From assembly GCF_009914755.1 (NCBI RefSeq), contig NC_060925.1: DNA of 64,000 bases. One strand, given 5' to 3'. The number at the start of each line of letters is the position of its first letter. The stretch's first letter is position 1. A model generated the notes under the pieces. It was given only the letters and a program-made list of their open reading frames with translations. It did not search any database and was not told the origin of the DNA. The DNA comes from the human T2T-CHM13v2.0 reference genome, Homo sapiens. The position numbers were made by a program, and so were the translations under genes. This document shows, piece by piece, positions 1-12,900 of the stretch.

Positions 1-1593
1 ATCACCTATTAAGTTAACTGCATCATAGCACTCACTAGGAGCCTCCATGGCATCAGGTCCAAAAATGCTTTGGCACTGCATATATCTGGATCTGCACCCC
101 TTCCTGAAACAACGGCCTTCATACTTGCAAGGGGTTCCATCCTGCTTATAAACGTCATTTGGGCAGGAACTTGAATTCCCGTCGCAGTACTCTGCAAGGT
201 CACATTCATTTCCTTCCTGCCTACACACGTATCCAGATGGACGAAACCGACAATCATGACAGCAAAGTCCAATGCTACAGTTGGCACCTGGTTGCAACTT
301 ACAATTTGATTGGCAACACCGATCTTTCTGACACTCCTCTGTGGAACCACAGTCACATTCCTCATTGTCCTCCACAATTTTGTTTCCACATCTCTTAAGC
401 ACATAACCTAGTCCTGGGATATTATTTAGACATGTTGCTCCCGAAGAGATATGTTTAAAAAAAGAGATATAACTGCAATTGCTAAACCCAGTGCGTCCTG
501 AGCCCATGATGCAATTAAGCCTACCCCTACATTGGCAGTATTGTTCATCATGTGACATTCCTACAGCATGACCCAGCTCATGAGCAGACCAGGTAGCAGG
601 GGCAAGGATATTTGTATCTAGTAAAGTACTCACTGATCCAGCATATTCTAGAGAACACACTTTTCCAAACGACCATGCAAGAGCATCATTATATTTTCTT
701 TGAAGATATAAATGTGCCCAATCTGATGACAGGCGAGCATTTAATACACTTTTTTTATATATTACAAATCTGCCTAAAACTTCAGCTAACTCTGGATATC
801 CAACGCGTATTTTGTTAAAATCTGTCCATACTTCAAGAGCCTTTAAGTGTATCCTCATACGAACATCTTGAAAGTAGGTGTCCATAATCCCAGTCAAAAG
901 AATGGCATCATGTATGACTTGAGAAAGATTGTTGTTCACAAACCTATACCTACTTTGATCAAAGAGTAGGATCAATTCCAAGTACTTTGGGTGTTTATAG
1001 GATCCAGGAAAGTCCCTTAGCCTCGCCTTATTCTCATAAGGGGCCATCTGCCATTCTATTTCATCATCACTTAAGCCACAAACCTGATTCCCAAACTGCT
1101 CTTTCTTCAGGAGATAGACGACATGTTCAAAACTGGGAGAGGCCTTGAGGGGCTCAATTTGGTAATGTTTGGCATCAATGTTAAATACACCTCGGAGACC
1201 CCCCATGCATGTGCTTATAGTAGCTTTAGAGTCCAGAGACTCTTTCACGGAGCCCATGTAGTTGCAGTCCTTTGGTATGTAAGGATGATCCTCCAGCAGT
1301 TCCCCATGTTCTGTGAAGGAGAAAACGCGCAGATGTCGGGGCAACAGAAGTCTCTTGGGCCACAAATGGAGGACGTGCTTCTTGCCTTTTAACTGCAGTA
1401 GGTAGGACACGGGACTGACCACACCCTGCACCTCTCCCCGGAAGCTCAGCTTCTCAGGAATGGTGACTTCATACGAGTCAAACTCCCCTTCAGGGTGAAA
1501 AATTACATCTTCGCCAAGAGACTTAAGGAGCATTGTCGGAACTAGTAGAAGGAGCAAACGGCATTGGGAGAGGAAGATCTGCACTGACCTCAT
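1..1593 (-). CDS. ADAM30: ADAM metallopeptidase domain 30, 5' part (codons 1-531) of a single-exon ORF; runs off the window edge
   Basis: ATG at 1593-1591 (ACC-ATG) reads MRSVQIFLSQCRLLLLLVPTMLLKSLGEDVIFHPEGEF (signal peptide, prodomain); zinc motif HELGHAVGMSH at 582-550 followed by the CIM Met-turn; disintegrin loop ECDLAEYC at 207-184; frame reaches position 1 as ...AVNLIGD. Confidence 0.98.
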   Translation of the reverse strand, partial: MRSVQIFLSQCRLLLLLVPTMLLKSLGEDVIFHPEGEFDSYEVTIPEKLSFRGEVQGVVSPVSYLLQLKGKKHVLHLWPKRLLLPRHLRVFSFTEHGELLEDHPYIPKDCNYMGSVKESLDSKATISTCMGGLRGVFNIDAKHYQIEPLKASPSFEHVVYLLKKEQFGNQVCGLSDDEIEWQMAPYENKARLRDFPGSYKHPKYLELILLFDQSRYRFVNNNLSQVIHDAILLTGIMDTYFQDVRMRIHLKALEVWTDFNKIRVGYPELAEVLGRFVIYKKSVLNARLSSDWAHLYLQRKYNDALAWSFGKVCSLEYAGSVSTLLDTNILAPATWSAHELGHAVGMSHDEQYCQCRGRLNCIMGSGRTGFSNCSYISFFKHISSGATCLNNIPGLGYVLKRCGNKIVEDNEECDCGSTEECQKDRCCQSNCKLQPGANCSIGLCCHDCRFRPSGYVCRQEGNECDLAEYCDGNSSSCPNDVYKQDGTPCKYEGRCFRKGCRSRYMQCQSIFGPDAMEAPSECYDAVNLIGD

Positions 1594-1830
1594 GGTCTGT
1601 TCCCTACTCAGCCTCAGTTTGCTATTCAGTCCCTGCAACTCTGGCCTCGCGAGTCAGATTTCTGGGGGCCGCCGCTAGAGGCGCCTGAGCTCAAAACCCG
1701 GCTCCCCTGGCAGGGTTTCCGGGGGAGCCCGTAGCCTCCCAGGGCTCGGTCTAGCTGGCGTCCGCAATGCGCGCGTGACCTGTCCAACGCATCCAGTTCG
1801 TTTTCCGGGCCGTACCGTTGGGCGCAGGTG
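1594..1830 (-). promoter_or_regulatory. ADAM30: ADAM30 5'UTR and small CpG-rich, TATA-less promoter (TSS probably ~1770)
   Basis: Sharp local CpG/GC enrichment at 1640-1830 directly upstream of the ATG; no upstream ATG in 1594-1772; TGCGCGCG 1768-1775, TGACCT 1776-1781, MYB-type CAACGG 1820-1815. Confidence 0.75.
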
Positions 1831-2539
1831 GAAGAAAGGAGGGAAACGTGGGCGAGAATAAAAGAGAAAAGAGGGGCTGTTGGCACGTGGGTTGGAGAGA
1901 GGGTAGAGAACACCATCGGAAATGGAGAAGGAATAGAGAAATAGGAAGAACAAAGGAGAACGTGTTAAAGGCTCACTGTATCTTTGCCTTTACTCTGTGT
2001 CTTTACACCTTAGGACACAGGTTGGAATCCGATGTTTTATGGGCCACTGTCCTAACTTCATTGTTGGACATTTCCCAGTTTTCCACTAGGGTTGCTTGTG
2101 GCAAAAGAAAGGAGCATCAGAACCAGCAAGAGTGGAAACAGCCTGAAAGTATCAGCGTAGACTCCACACCCCCAGCCCCACTCTGGGCAGTTCCTCTGTC
2201 TTCGGCTGCGGCTTCTTTTTAGAGAAGGCCCTGAACCTTAGTTGTGGGCCCAGGCAACAGAAAGGTCCTGAGCTCATTTTGCCTGGGAGTGCTTTCTGCT
2301 GTTTGTCTTTGGGGTGCCAGGGGTCAGTGTAATTTTTGTGTGTCCATGTGCAATGGTGGGAAGAACCTAGAAAAAGTGCCTGTTATAAGAGCAAACCCAA
2401 GTGCTTTCTGAGAAAGGTAGATAGCTGGTTATGTTCCTAGTCGAGCGATGAGGCTGACTCCACAAAGGAAGAAGCCTCTGGCTCAGAAAATGGAAGGGTT
2501 TATCGTCCGTAAAAGGGCAAATCGGAAGGTCATGAGGTG

Positions 2540-4130
2540 ATTCTGAGGGATTCTGATAAGAGAGGAATATTTTCAGTTTTGTTCCTGGGAGATTCCATCT
2601 GGCTGAATTACAAGGAAAGGTTAAAAAGGAACAGGCTTGAGTCAGGGAGACTAGTTAAAAGCTCTTGTACCAAGCAATGTTGTCTGTTGGCAGAAAGCAT
2701 GGCCTTAGGGCTGATAATAAGCAGTACTTATGGAAGACTGGCTCGTTTCATGCTACACACCCCGCTATGCTCTGCATAAATCAGCCCATTAAATCTTCAC
2801 CATGACCCTAGGTTATAGGTACTACTATTATCACCCATACTTTGCACATGAGGACATGAAAACCGTACCATGGTTCAGAAGGTGGCGTCAGCTGAAGCAA
2901 TCCCTGTGAACATTTAGGCAACTCTACCCGGAGCCTGTGTTCTTTACTAGTCAACTCTGTTGTCTCTTTAGGGAAGGACAAAAGTTGACAGCTCCAAGAG
3001 ATTTAAAACCACTTAGACTCTGCTGGACTTAATGCTTGCATGGATTCTCCCAGAATGAAAGAGGCAAAAATGAAAAAGAATGTTGATGTTTCTGGCTTAG
3101 GTGTATGTGTGTGTCATGGTTCTAACCACTCAAAGAAGAAAAACATCAGAACAAATAGATTTAGATAAAGGAAATAAATATGAAAAGCTCTGCTTGCAAA
3201 ATGTAGATTTCCAGGTGCCAGTAAAGGAGCATTGAAGAAGGGATTTCTCAACTGCAGACGAGTAGGCAGCATCCTCTGGGCTGAGATGCCTGAGTTGGAG
3301 CTGAACTGGAGTCCTCTGCACAGTGGTGCTGATTGAAGCCATAAAAGCTGATGATGATGCCTCATGGGATGGTGAGGAATGAGCAGAGAAAGACCAGGTT
3401 GGATCGCTCAGGAATAGTAGGATTTAAGGTCAGGCTGAAGGAAAGAAGCTTGCAATGACCTGTGAAGTAGTGGATATTGATATAAAAAGAAAGGCAGGGT
3501 AACAGGTGATTGCAGAAGCACTTCATGAACGATGTTATGACCAAAAGGTGAAATGCTGAGCAGAGTTCCAGAAACACTGCAATGAGCACAAAGGAGGTTA
3601 TAGAAACTTTAGTGCAAACTGTTTCGGGGCACTGCTGATGAGCAAAGCCACATACCAGGAGGTTGGAACGTAAATTGGAGGTTAGAAAGAGGAGATCACA
3701 AACCTAGACTGCACTTTCAAGAAATTGGGTGAAGGAGAGAGAAAAGGTAAGAAAGTAGCTTGGGAACCATGTGGTAGAAAGAGGACTTGTTAGAGGAAAG
3801 AGTCCCTGCTGGAGCCTTGCTCAGCCTCCAGGAGAGGTTGGGTGATGATGCAGCGTGATCCTCCTTGGGGGCATCAGAGCAGGAGGCAGGGGTGGAGCAG
3901 ACAGCAGGGTAGCAGGCAGTGAAGCTATGAGTGCAGTGAGAAAATAAGGGAGAGCTAGTCAGAAGGCTTCAGCTTTCTCTGTGACGTCAGCTGCTGGGAG
4001 TGTAGGGGTGATAGAGCTGAAAGAGATGAAGAAGAGAGCTCAGGAGACAGAGGACAAGGGAAAAATAAAAGTATCACCAAGTGTGTTGAGGGCCTAATTC
4101 AGGTTGGAAACCAGAAATTGCAGTTTCCTA
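2540..4130. mobile_element. Degenerate L2 remnants with an embedded MIR (~2700-2960)
   Basis: Purine-rich diverged L2-like text; MIR-like core (ggtactactattatcacccatactttgcacatgaggac); recognised by eye only. Confidence 0.45.
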
Positions 4131-4609
4131 TCTGTAAATTAATTTGATTTTCTCAAGCAACACCCAGCAGCCTAAATTGGGGAGGGCAATTTGAATATAT
4201 CTTCTGGATCTATTCTATTTAATCAAATCATCATTTTCATCTCTGTACCATTTTTCTTTGGGCTGTTATAGAATTTCTTGAAGAAAAACACTAATTCATC
4301 AACTCCCATTGCTACAATATAATTTGTGTGCTAAACGCAGATGTGTAGCATCTGAGTGTTGGACCCTGAGCCTTGTGTAAACAGCCTGCTTTGAAATATT
4401 TCTCTTTATTTATGGAAATTATACATGTGTATCACAAAGGATACAAATAACCCTGAATGATAATAGAGTAACAAATGAAAGCCTCCATTATCCTCCAACC
4501 CTGCATGCTTGTCTAATACACTCCCCTCCGCAGATGTGACTGATAAGTATAATTCTTTCTCCATTTTCTGATATGTCTTTACAAGTATAGAAACTATGTA
4601 ATATTTAAC

Positions 4610-4887
4610 GGCATTATGCCAAGTGAAATAAACCATACCCAAAAAGATGAATACTGTATCATCTCACTTATATGTGGAATAAAATAATCAAAGTCATAGA
4701 AGCAGAGAGTAGAATGGTAGTTTCCAGGTCCTGGGGGGAGGATGAAATGAGGTGATGGTCAAAGGGTACAAAGTTTCAGCTGTGCAAGATAAACAACTTC
4801 TAGAGATCCATAATACAGTACAGTGCCTATAGCCAACAGTACTGTACTGTATACTTAAAATTTACTAAGAGGGTTGATCTCTTGTAT

Positions 4888-4921
<34 letters not shown>

Positions 4922-5105
4922 CCAATAATGATAAAGAGGGTGCAAGGAAACTTTGGAGGTGATGGCTATGTTATGGCCTTGATAATGGTGATGGTTTCAC
5001 AGGTATGTATTCCTCCCCAAATTCACTGAGATGTAAATACATTAAATATGTACAACTTTCTACATGTGAATCATACCTTAATAAAATGGTTCAAATAAAT
5101 AAATA
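4610..5105 (+). mobile_element. L1 3' end fragment (L1MA-type)
   Basis: aagtgaaataaacc...tctcacttatatgtggaat...agaagcagagagtagaatggtag...gtcaaagggtacaaagtttcag; ends with aataaa and an A-rich tail. Confidence 0.8.
4891..4919. repeat. (AC)14 microsatellite
   Basis: Direct read. Confidence 0.97.
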
Positions 5106-5160
5106 AGTACATACTATTCATATTATTTTACCCTTGCCTTTTTTAGTGAACAACATATTG

Positions 5161-5290
5161 GGGCCAGGAGTGGTGCCTCACGCCTGTAATCCCAGCACTT
5201 TGGGAAGTGAGACGGTGTATCACTTGAGCTCAGATGATCAAGACAAGCCTGGGTAACATAGTGAGAGCCTGTCTCTATTTTTTTTTAAAA
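5161..5290 (+). mobile_element. Alu monomer (FLAM-type)
   Basis: Single Alu left arm flanked by a perfect 16-bp TSD AGTGAACAACATATTG (5145-5160, 5291-5306). Confidence 0.88.
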
Positions 5291-5652
5291 AGTGAACAAC
5301 ATATTGTAAGTAGTTTTCTGATTTAGATTATTGCTTCCAATAGATGTATACTGTTCTATAGTATGGAAGCAAATATTTATTTAACAATTTTCCTCATGTA
5401 AGGATGATGTAATTATGTTGTTTAAAATATTACATTTATCTTGTTTATAAGGTTTTCTATATTTTGACAGTAAATATATATGTGTATATTTACAACAATT
5501 TATACACACACACATAATAAATACACATACATTTTCTTTGCCCCTGAAAAGCATTTACATTGTGATAGAGTCCTAGAATTAAAAGTGTTAGATCCAGGAG
5601 AATACAACCTCCCACTAAAAATCTTCTACTTCTTTGCAAACTATCTATAAAA

Positions 5653-6182
<530 letters not shown>

Positions 6183-6689
6183 TATAGTAGGCCCATATTC
6201 TTAAAACATTTCCAGTAGTATATAATATCCAACTCTTTAACCTATACCTGCATTATAAAAAGAAGGCAACTCATTATTTCAATTTGCATTCTCTGGTTAT
6301 TAGTGAAGTTGAGCATATTTAGTAGCTGAAAACCAGTCTACTTTTTTTATTCTTAAATTTGTCTGTTCGTTCTTATATTACATGGTTTGTTCTGCTTTTA
6401 GTGATTTGTTGGAGCTATTTATATTTTGCAAATCTCTTCTTCCAGTCAGTTATTTGTCACTAACTTTTATAATGTTTTTCACCATGCAGAACATTTTAAA
6501 CACTCCTGGTTGCTGAGTTTCATGTCATTCTTCTGTCTTTCTTCATTCTATGATTGTAAAAATGTCTTTCTAATATGTGCTTTAACAAATTTATTTTGGT
6601 ATGTCTCTGATTTTTCTTTTATATGGAATATAATTCTGTCTCCCATCTAAGGTAGTAATCTGTCTTATTATTGGATCAAGATATTGAAT

Positions 6690-7306
6690 AATCCTATAAC
6701 TGACAAAGGACATTGTAAGTGACTCTGACAAGTCAATGAGAACAAGACAGATAATCTAACAGAAAAATGAGCAAAAGAGTTTAACAAACACTTCACAAAA
6801 GAGAAAATTTATATGATCAGTAAACAATTGGAAAGGTTCTCAACCACATTACTAATCAGAATACTGCAAATTAAAGCTTCTATCGGATGTCCATCAGGTT
6901 GAAAATGATTCAGGAAGCCGATTAACATGAAGTTTAGGTGAGGTTGTAGAAGAGTAAGAACTCTTATATCCTTTGGTGGCAATGTAGATCAGTAAAACCA
7001 CTTTAAAGCCCTGTTTAGTGTTTCTTATGTATCTGAAAATATGAAGACCCTGTGATCCAGCAATTCCACTCTAGGTATATATCCTACAGAAATGTGTATG
7101 TATGTACACCAGGATACATGGACATAACAATATTCTCCACACTGATAACAATCCAAATCTCTATGAACAGTGACTGTGGCAATGGAGATGATGAATCAGT
7201 TACATGCAACAACACGGAAGAATTTTACAAATATGGAAAAACAAAACATAATGAATATAAAGTTCAAAACCTGGCAAAATCTATCTCTGTTTTTAGAGTT
7301 TCAATC
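6690..7306 (+). mobile_element. Old L1 (L1ME-like) ORF2-end/3'UTR fragment
   Basis: aaaaatgagcaaaagagtttaacaaacacttcacaaaagag, tgatccagcaattccactctaggtatatatcc. Confidence 0.7.
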
Positions 7307-9032
7307 AGAAATTGTTACTGAGAATAGGCTGTCACTTTAACAAATACCTAAAATTTAAAAGTGGCTTTGGAACTGGGTAATGAGTAGAGGTTAGAAGAGT
7401 TTGGGGGTACATGATTTCTTTTTAAACTGTACATTGCCATTAATGAAGCATTAAGGATGATTCTGGTGAGGGTTTAGAAGAGAAGAACTGTAGAGAAAGC
7501 CTCAGTCTTCATAGAGATTACCTAAGTGGTCATGGTCAGAATGTTGGTATTAAATAGAAATGTGAATGGTAAAGGCTATTCTGATGAGGTATTAGATGGA
7601 AATGAGGAACGTCTTGTTGAAAATGAGAGGAAAGACAATCCTTATGATAAAGTGGCACAAAACATAGCTGAATTGTGTTTTGTGCAAGGTAGAACTTCTG
7701 AGTGATTAAATAGGATATTTGCGGGGGAGAAATCTCTAAGCAAAGTGTTGAGGGTGTGGCATGACTTCTCGTGATTGCTTATGATAAAATGTGAGAAGAC
7801 AGAAATGAGCTAAAGACAGATAATCAAAAAGGGAAAAGAATGTAATATATGGAAAATTCTCAGCCGGGTCATGTTCAGAAGAAAATACCATGGGTGTGGC
7901 CAAATCACTCTTTGATAAGGAGATCAGGATCACTCAGCCCTGTGTCATTCATCAAGACAATGAAAGAATGACCCTGAACATATTTGGAGATCTTTGGGAC
8001 TGCCATTTCCATCACAGGTCCACAATGGCAGAGCCATGAAGGCATAATGGTTTAAAAGGAGGGGCCCAGAACATATGTGGGGCCTTTAACTCACTGCCCA
8101 GTGCCACTTCAAATCTCTGCTCTTTGATTCAAATGCAGCACTTTTTGGCCACCCCCGGTGTGGCTCCAGTGGGCCCAGTTGTGGTGCCAGCAGCAGTGGC
8201 TGGCCCTCCAGAGGATGTGGGTAGTAAACCTTTGCAGCATTCACATGGTGCTAAATCTCCAGGCACTCAGAATGCAAGAACTGTGGGAGGATGGCCACCT
8301 CCACATTGATTTCAAAGGATACCGCAGAGATTCTTGAAATCTAGGCTGAGAACTGCCACAGGGGAAGGACCACCACAGACAGCTGCCACTAGGGCATTGC
8401 TCAGTGGAACTGTGGGAGTTGGGTCACCACAGAGAGTCCCCAATAGGGCAATGTCTTATGGAGCCATGGGAGCAGGGCTGCCCCAAAACCCCAGAACTGT
8501 GGAGCCTCCAGTGTAAAACGCCGCCTGGGAGAGCCACAGGCACCTAATTCCAACCCCTGAAAGCTGCTGTGTGGGCTGTGCTCAGCAAAGCCATGGGGGT
8601 GAGGTCACCTGGAGCCTTGAGGTTCCAACCTCTGCACCAGTATGTCCAGAAGGCAGGACATCAAGTCAAAGTTGATTGTCAAGACTTAAGATTTACTGTT
8701 GTTTACCCTGAGGGGTTTTGGACTTACTTGAGACCAGTTAACTCTTTATTCCTTCCTATTTTTCCTTTTTGGAATAGAAACATTTATTGTATGCCTTCTC
8801 CTCCACTGTATTTTGGAAGCATATAAGTTTAATTTCACAGATTCACAACCAGAGGGCAATTTGCCTCAGGATGAATCATAACTTGAGTCTCACTCATACC
8901 TGATTTAAATGATGTTTAGACAAGACTCTGGACTTTAGACTTCTGTGTTGATGCTGAAATTAAGAGTTTTGAGGTTATTGGGATGGAATGTGCATGTAAG
9001 AACAAAATAAATTTTGGGACACCAGAGGCAGA
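7307..9032 (+). mobile_element. ERVL-MaLR internal sequence (MLT1A/MST-int type)
   Basis: aacaaatacctaaaa...gtggctttggaactgggtaatgag start; typical MaLR-int motifs; ends ...caccagaggcagaa immediately before the LTR. Confidence 0.82.
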
Positions 9033-9390
9033 ATGCTACAGTCTGAATGTTTATGTCTCTCCTAAGTTGAAATGTGAAAACTTAATCCCCAATGTGGTGG
9101 TATTAAGAGGTGGGCTTTTGGGAGGTGATCAGCAGGGTCCCATGAGTTATGAATGGGATTAGTGCCCTTAAAAAGGAGCCTGAGGGGGCTTCTTTGCCCC
9201 TACTGTCATGTGAGGACCCAGGAAGAAAGCGTCGTCTTTGAAGCAAAGAAAGAAATAGTCCTCACCAGACACTAAATTTGCTGTTGTCTTTATCTTGGAT
9301 TTCCTAGCCTCCAGAACTGTGAGCAAGATCTGTCTTCAATTTATATATTACCCAGCGTGAGGTATCTTGTCATAGCAGCCCAAATGGATA
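9033..9390 (+). mobile_element. MaLR LTR (MLT1A/MST type), 3' LTR of the element
   Basis: tgctacagtctgaatgttt...taatccccaatgtggtggtattaagaggtggg...ttcctagcctccagaactgtgag...catagcagcccaaatgga. Confidence 0.85.
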
Positions 9391-9994
9391 GTTGGTAAAA
9401 TAAATTGAGGAAATTATTACTAAACCTGTCAGGGAGCTATTATTTCTAGGGTGAAAGGAAGGGGCTATACTCAGGAAAAGAAGGGAGGGAGGAAGAAGGG
9501 TATGCTTGGTGTAGCTTTTGCTGGGGTGTTAGCAATATATTTCTTGACTGCTAGGGTTTGCTGTACATATTTGTTAAAATAGTCCTGAAAGTTTTATCCT
9601 CACTTCTTTATATGCTGTATTTTACAATTATTAAAGAAAAAACTAAGACAAATTAAATTTAACAAAGTTTGTGCAGGAAACAGGTTTTAGAACTGGGAAG
9701 CATTCTGAACCAAAAATTGTTCAGAATACCCCCACCTCCATCATGGTGAGCTATACTTAAAAATCAGGAAACAAGAAATGACATACAGGGATTAAATGAT
9801 TGGTACAGTTTGAGGTTTGTTTTATTTGGGCATAATCTGGCAATTTAAAGCCTGGGATTTGCTGAAGGTTCAGCTACTATAATTGGCTGAGACTCAGTTG
9901 GTTTGTTACAAGGGTATACTCCTAGGTTAGTTTACAACTTGTTTACACATCAAGCTAGAATACTTTCACTATGTTTGAAGGCAACATATAGTTG

Positions 9995-12900
9995 GAGCAT
10001 GTTTTATTTCGTTTTTTTAACCCATTTAGCCAGTCTATATCTTTTACGTGGAAAGTTTAATCTGCTTACATTTAAGATTATTATTGATATCTGAGGGCTT
10101 ATTCCTGTTTTTATTTTATCAATTGATTTTGAGTTTTTTGTATATCCTTTGTTCGTTTCTTTCTCTTTTATCGTTTATTATTGTGGCTTGGTGATTTTCC
10201 TTAGTGGTAACATTTGAGTCCTTTCTTTTCTTTATTTGTGTGTTTGCTCTACCAGTGGGCTTTATACACTCATGTGTTTTCATGATGGTAGATATCATCC
10301 ATTTGTTTCCAGGTACAGGACTTCCTTAATCATTTCTTGTAGAACTTGTCTAGTGGTGATGAATTCCCTCAGCATTTGCTTATTTGGGAAAGACTATTTC
10401 TCTTTCGTTTATAAATAACATTTTGGGTATAGTGTTCTTGGTTGGCATTTTTTCTTTCAACACTTTGAATATATAATCTAATTATCTTCTGGCCTATAAG
10501 GTTTCTGCTGAGAAATGTGCTGTTAGTCTGATGGGGATTCCCTTATAAGTGACTAAACACATTTCTCTTGCTCTTTTTAGAATTCTCTGTCTTTGACTTT
10601 TGGCAGTTTGACTATAATGGGCCATGGAGAAGACCTTTTTAAATTGTATCTATTTGGAGATCTATGAGTTTCCTGTTATCTGGATGTCTAAATCTCTTGC
10701 TAGACTTGGAAAATTCCCAGCTATTGTTTTGTTAAATAGGTTTTCGATCTTATATTTTCTCTCACCTTCTGAGACACCAAAAATTTAAACATTTGGTTGC
10801 TTAATAGTATGCTATATGTCATGTGGGCTTCACTCATTCTTTTAAATTCTTTTTTCTTTATTTTTGTCTGGCTGGGTTATTTCAAAAGATCTGTCTTCAA
10901 GCTCTGAAATTCTTCTGCTTGATCTAGTCTATTATTGAAGTTTTTGAATATATGTTTTAATTCCATTCAATGAGTTTTTCAGTTTCAGAATCTGTTTGGT
11001 TCTTTTATGTATGACCTCTATCTCTGGTAAATTTCTCATTCATACCCTGAATTGTTTTTCTAATTTCTTTGTATTGTTTACTTTGTTCTGTTGTATCTCA
11101 CTAAGCTTTAAAAAATCATTATTTTGAATTCCTTTCTGGGATTTTGTAAGTTTCTTTTTAATGGGAATCTTTTGCTGGAGAATTATTGTGTTCCTTTGAG
11201 GATGCTATCTTTCCTTGCTTTTTCATGTTTCTTGTGTCTTTACACTGATATCTGCACATCTGGTGTAACAATCACTTATTCCAATTTTGTGAATTTGCTT
11301 TCATAAGGGAGGACTTTTTTCTGAGGATGTATCTATGGTATTGGTTGTGTAGGGCACTTTGGCTTTGATTCCAGGTGCATGCGGTAGTGTAGTCTCTGTA
11401 TGATTTCTTTGGCTGTAACCAGCATCAGTAGCAGTGGCATAGGGTGTGGTTGTTAGTGGAGGCTGTGGTGACATTCTGCTAGGGATGGGGACACAAAATG
11501 GGCCAGTCCTTGTGTCCCAGTGGTGGCAGTGGCAGGCTGACAATGCCTGTTGTTGAGCCCCAGGGTAATGTGCACTGGCACCAGTGTTAGCAGATCTAGA
11601 CAGGCTGGTTCTTGGGCCTCCAAATGGCTTGCTTTGGTGCTGGCAGTGGCAGTGGTGGGCTGGACAGGTTGGTGGGTCTTTGGGCCCCTGCACAGTGAGC
11701 AAGGCATAGATGATGGCAGTAGCAGTAGTGGGACAACCTTCTTGTTTCCAAGCAGTCTGCACTGGGGTTGGCAGGGGCAGAAATTTGCTAGTTGGGCCAG
11801 TCCCCAAGCCCGTAGGTCATGCATGCAGGTGGGTGCCAGCTGTGGTGGTAGCAGCAGGTTGGATGGCCCATCCTTAGGCTCCTGGAAGGAGTGCTCACAT
11901 GCCGAAGGTGGTGGATGGGGCAGGGTGATCTCCAGGCTCCTGAACAGTATGCCTGGGCACTGTGGGAAGAGGCAGAGCTGGGCCAGGCAGGCCTGTCTTC
12001 AACAACCACTGGCAGTGTGTGCAGGTGCTAGCTGTGGTAGACAGGGGCAGAGTGATCCTGGATGTGATGGTTAACATTGTCAACTTGACTGGAATGAAGG
12101 ATGCAAAGTATTGTTTCTGGGTGTGTCTGTATGGGTGTTGCCGAGGAGATTAACATTTGAGTCAGTGGACTGGGAGAGGAAGACCCACCCTCAATCTAAG
12201 TGGGTACCATCCCATCAGCTGCCAGCACAGCTAGAAAAAGCAGGTGGGAGAAAGTGGAAGAAGCTGACTTGCTGAGTCTTCTGGCTTTCATCTCTCTCTC
12301 CTGCGCTAGATGCTTCCTGCCCTTGAACATCAGGCTCCAGGTTCTTCGGCCTTTGGACTCTTGGACTTATACCAGTGGTTTGCTGCAGACTCTCAGGCCT
12401 TTGACCACAGACTGAAGGCTGCACTGTCGGCTTCCCTACTTTTGAGCTTTGGACTTGGAGTGAGCCACTACTGGCTTCCTAGCTCCTCAGCTTGAAAACA
12501 GCCTATTGTGGGATTTCACTTTGTGATCGTGTGAATCAATTCTCCTTAATAAACTCCCTTTCATATATGCATATATCCTATTAGTTCTGTCCCTTTGGAG
12601 AACTCTCACCAATACACCAGGTCCCTGGCAGAATGCTTGGGTGAGGGTGGCAGCAGATGCCCTGTGACCCTGCTGCTAGTGGGCAGGGTTGTTTTCAGTG
12701 GCAGCAACCATGGGCAGGTGGTTGGGGAGTGCATGCTTTGGCCCTAAGTGGAAGATGTGCATGAGGTAGCCTGTCCTTAGGTTGCTTATAAATGTGTGGT
12801 GGCCAACTGCTGGGGGTGGGCAGTGTCACAGCCAATGGCTTACACTTTGGGCCTGGCAGTAGCAGCCAACAGCAGCAACCAGCAGCAGCAGCTGTGGGTG

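Noticed and set aside
9-1392. Short ORFs in the track overlapping ADAM30 (9-404, 159-398, 612-818, 1123-1392)
   Set aside because: Alternative-frame or antisense shadows of the ADAM30 CDS with no recognisable domains
1626-2222. ORFs of 92-134 aa across the ADAM30 promoter
   Set aside because: Expected in GC-rich and low-complexity DNA; no homology recognised
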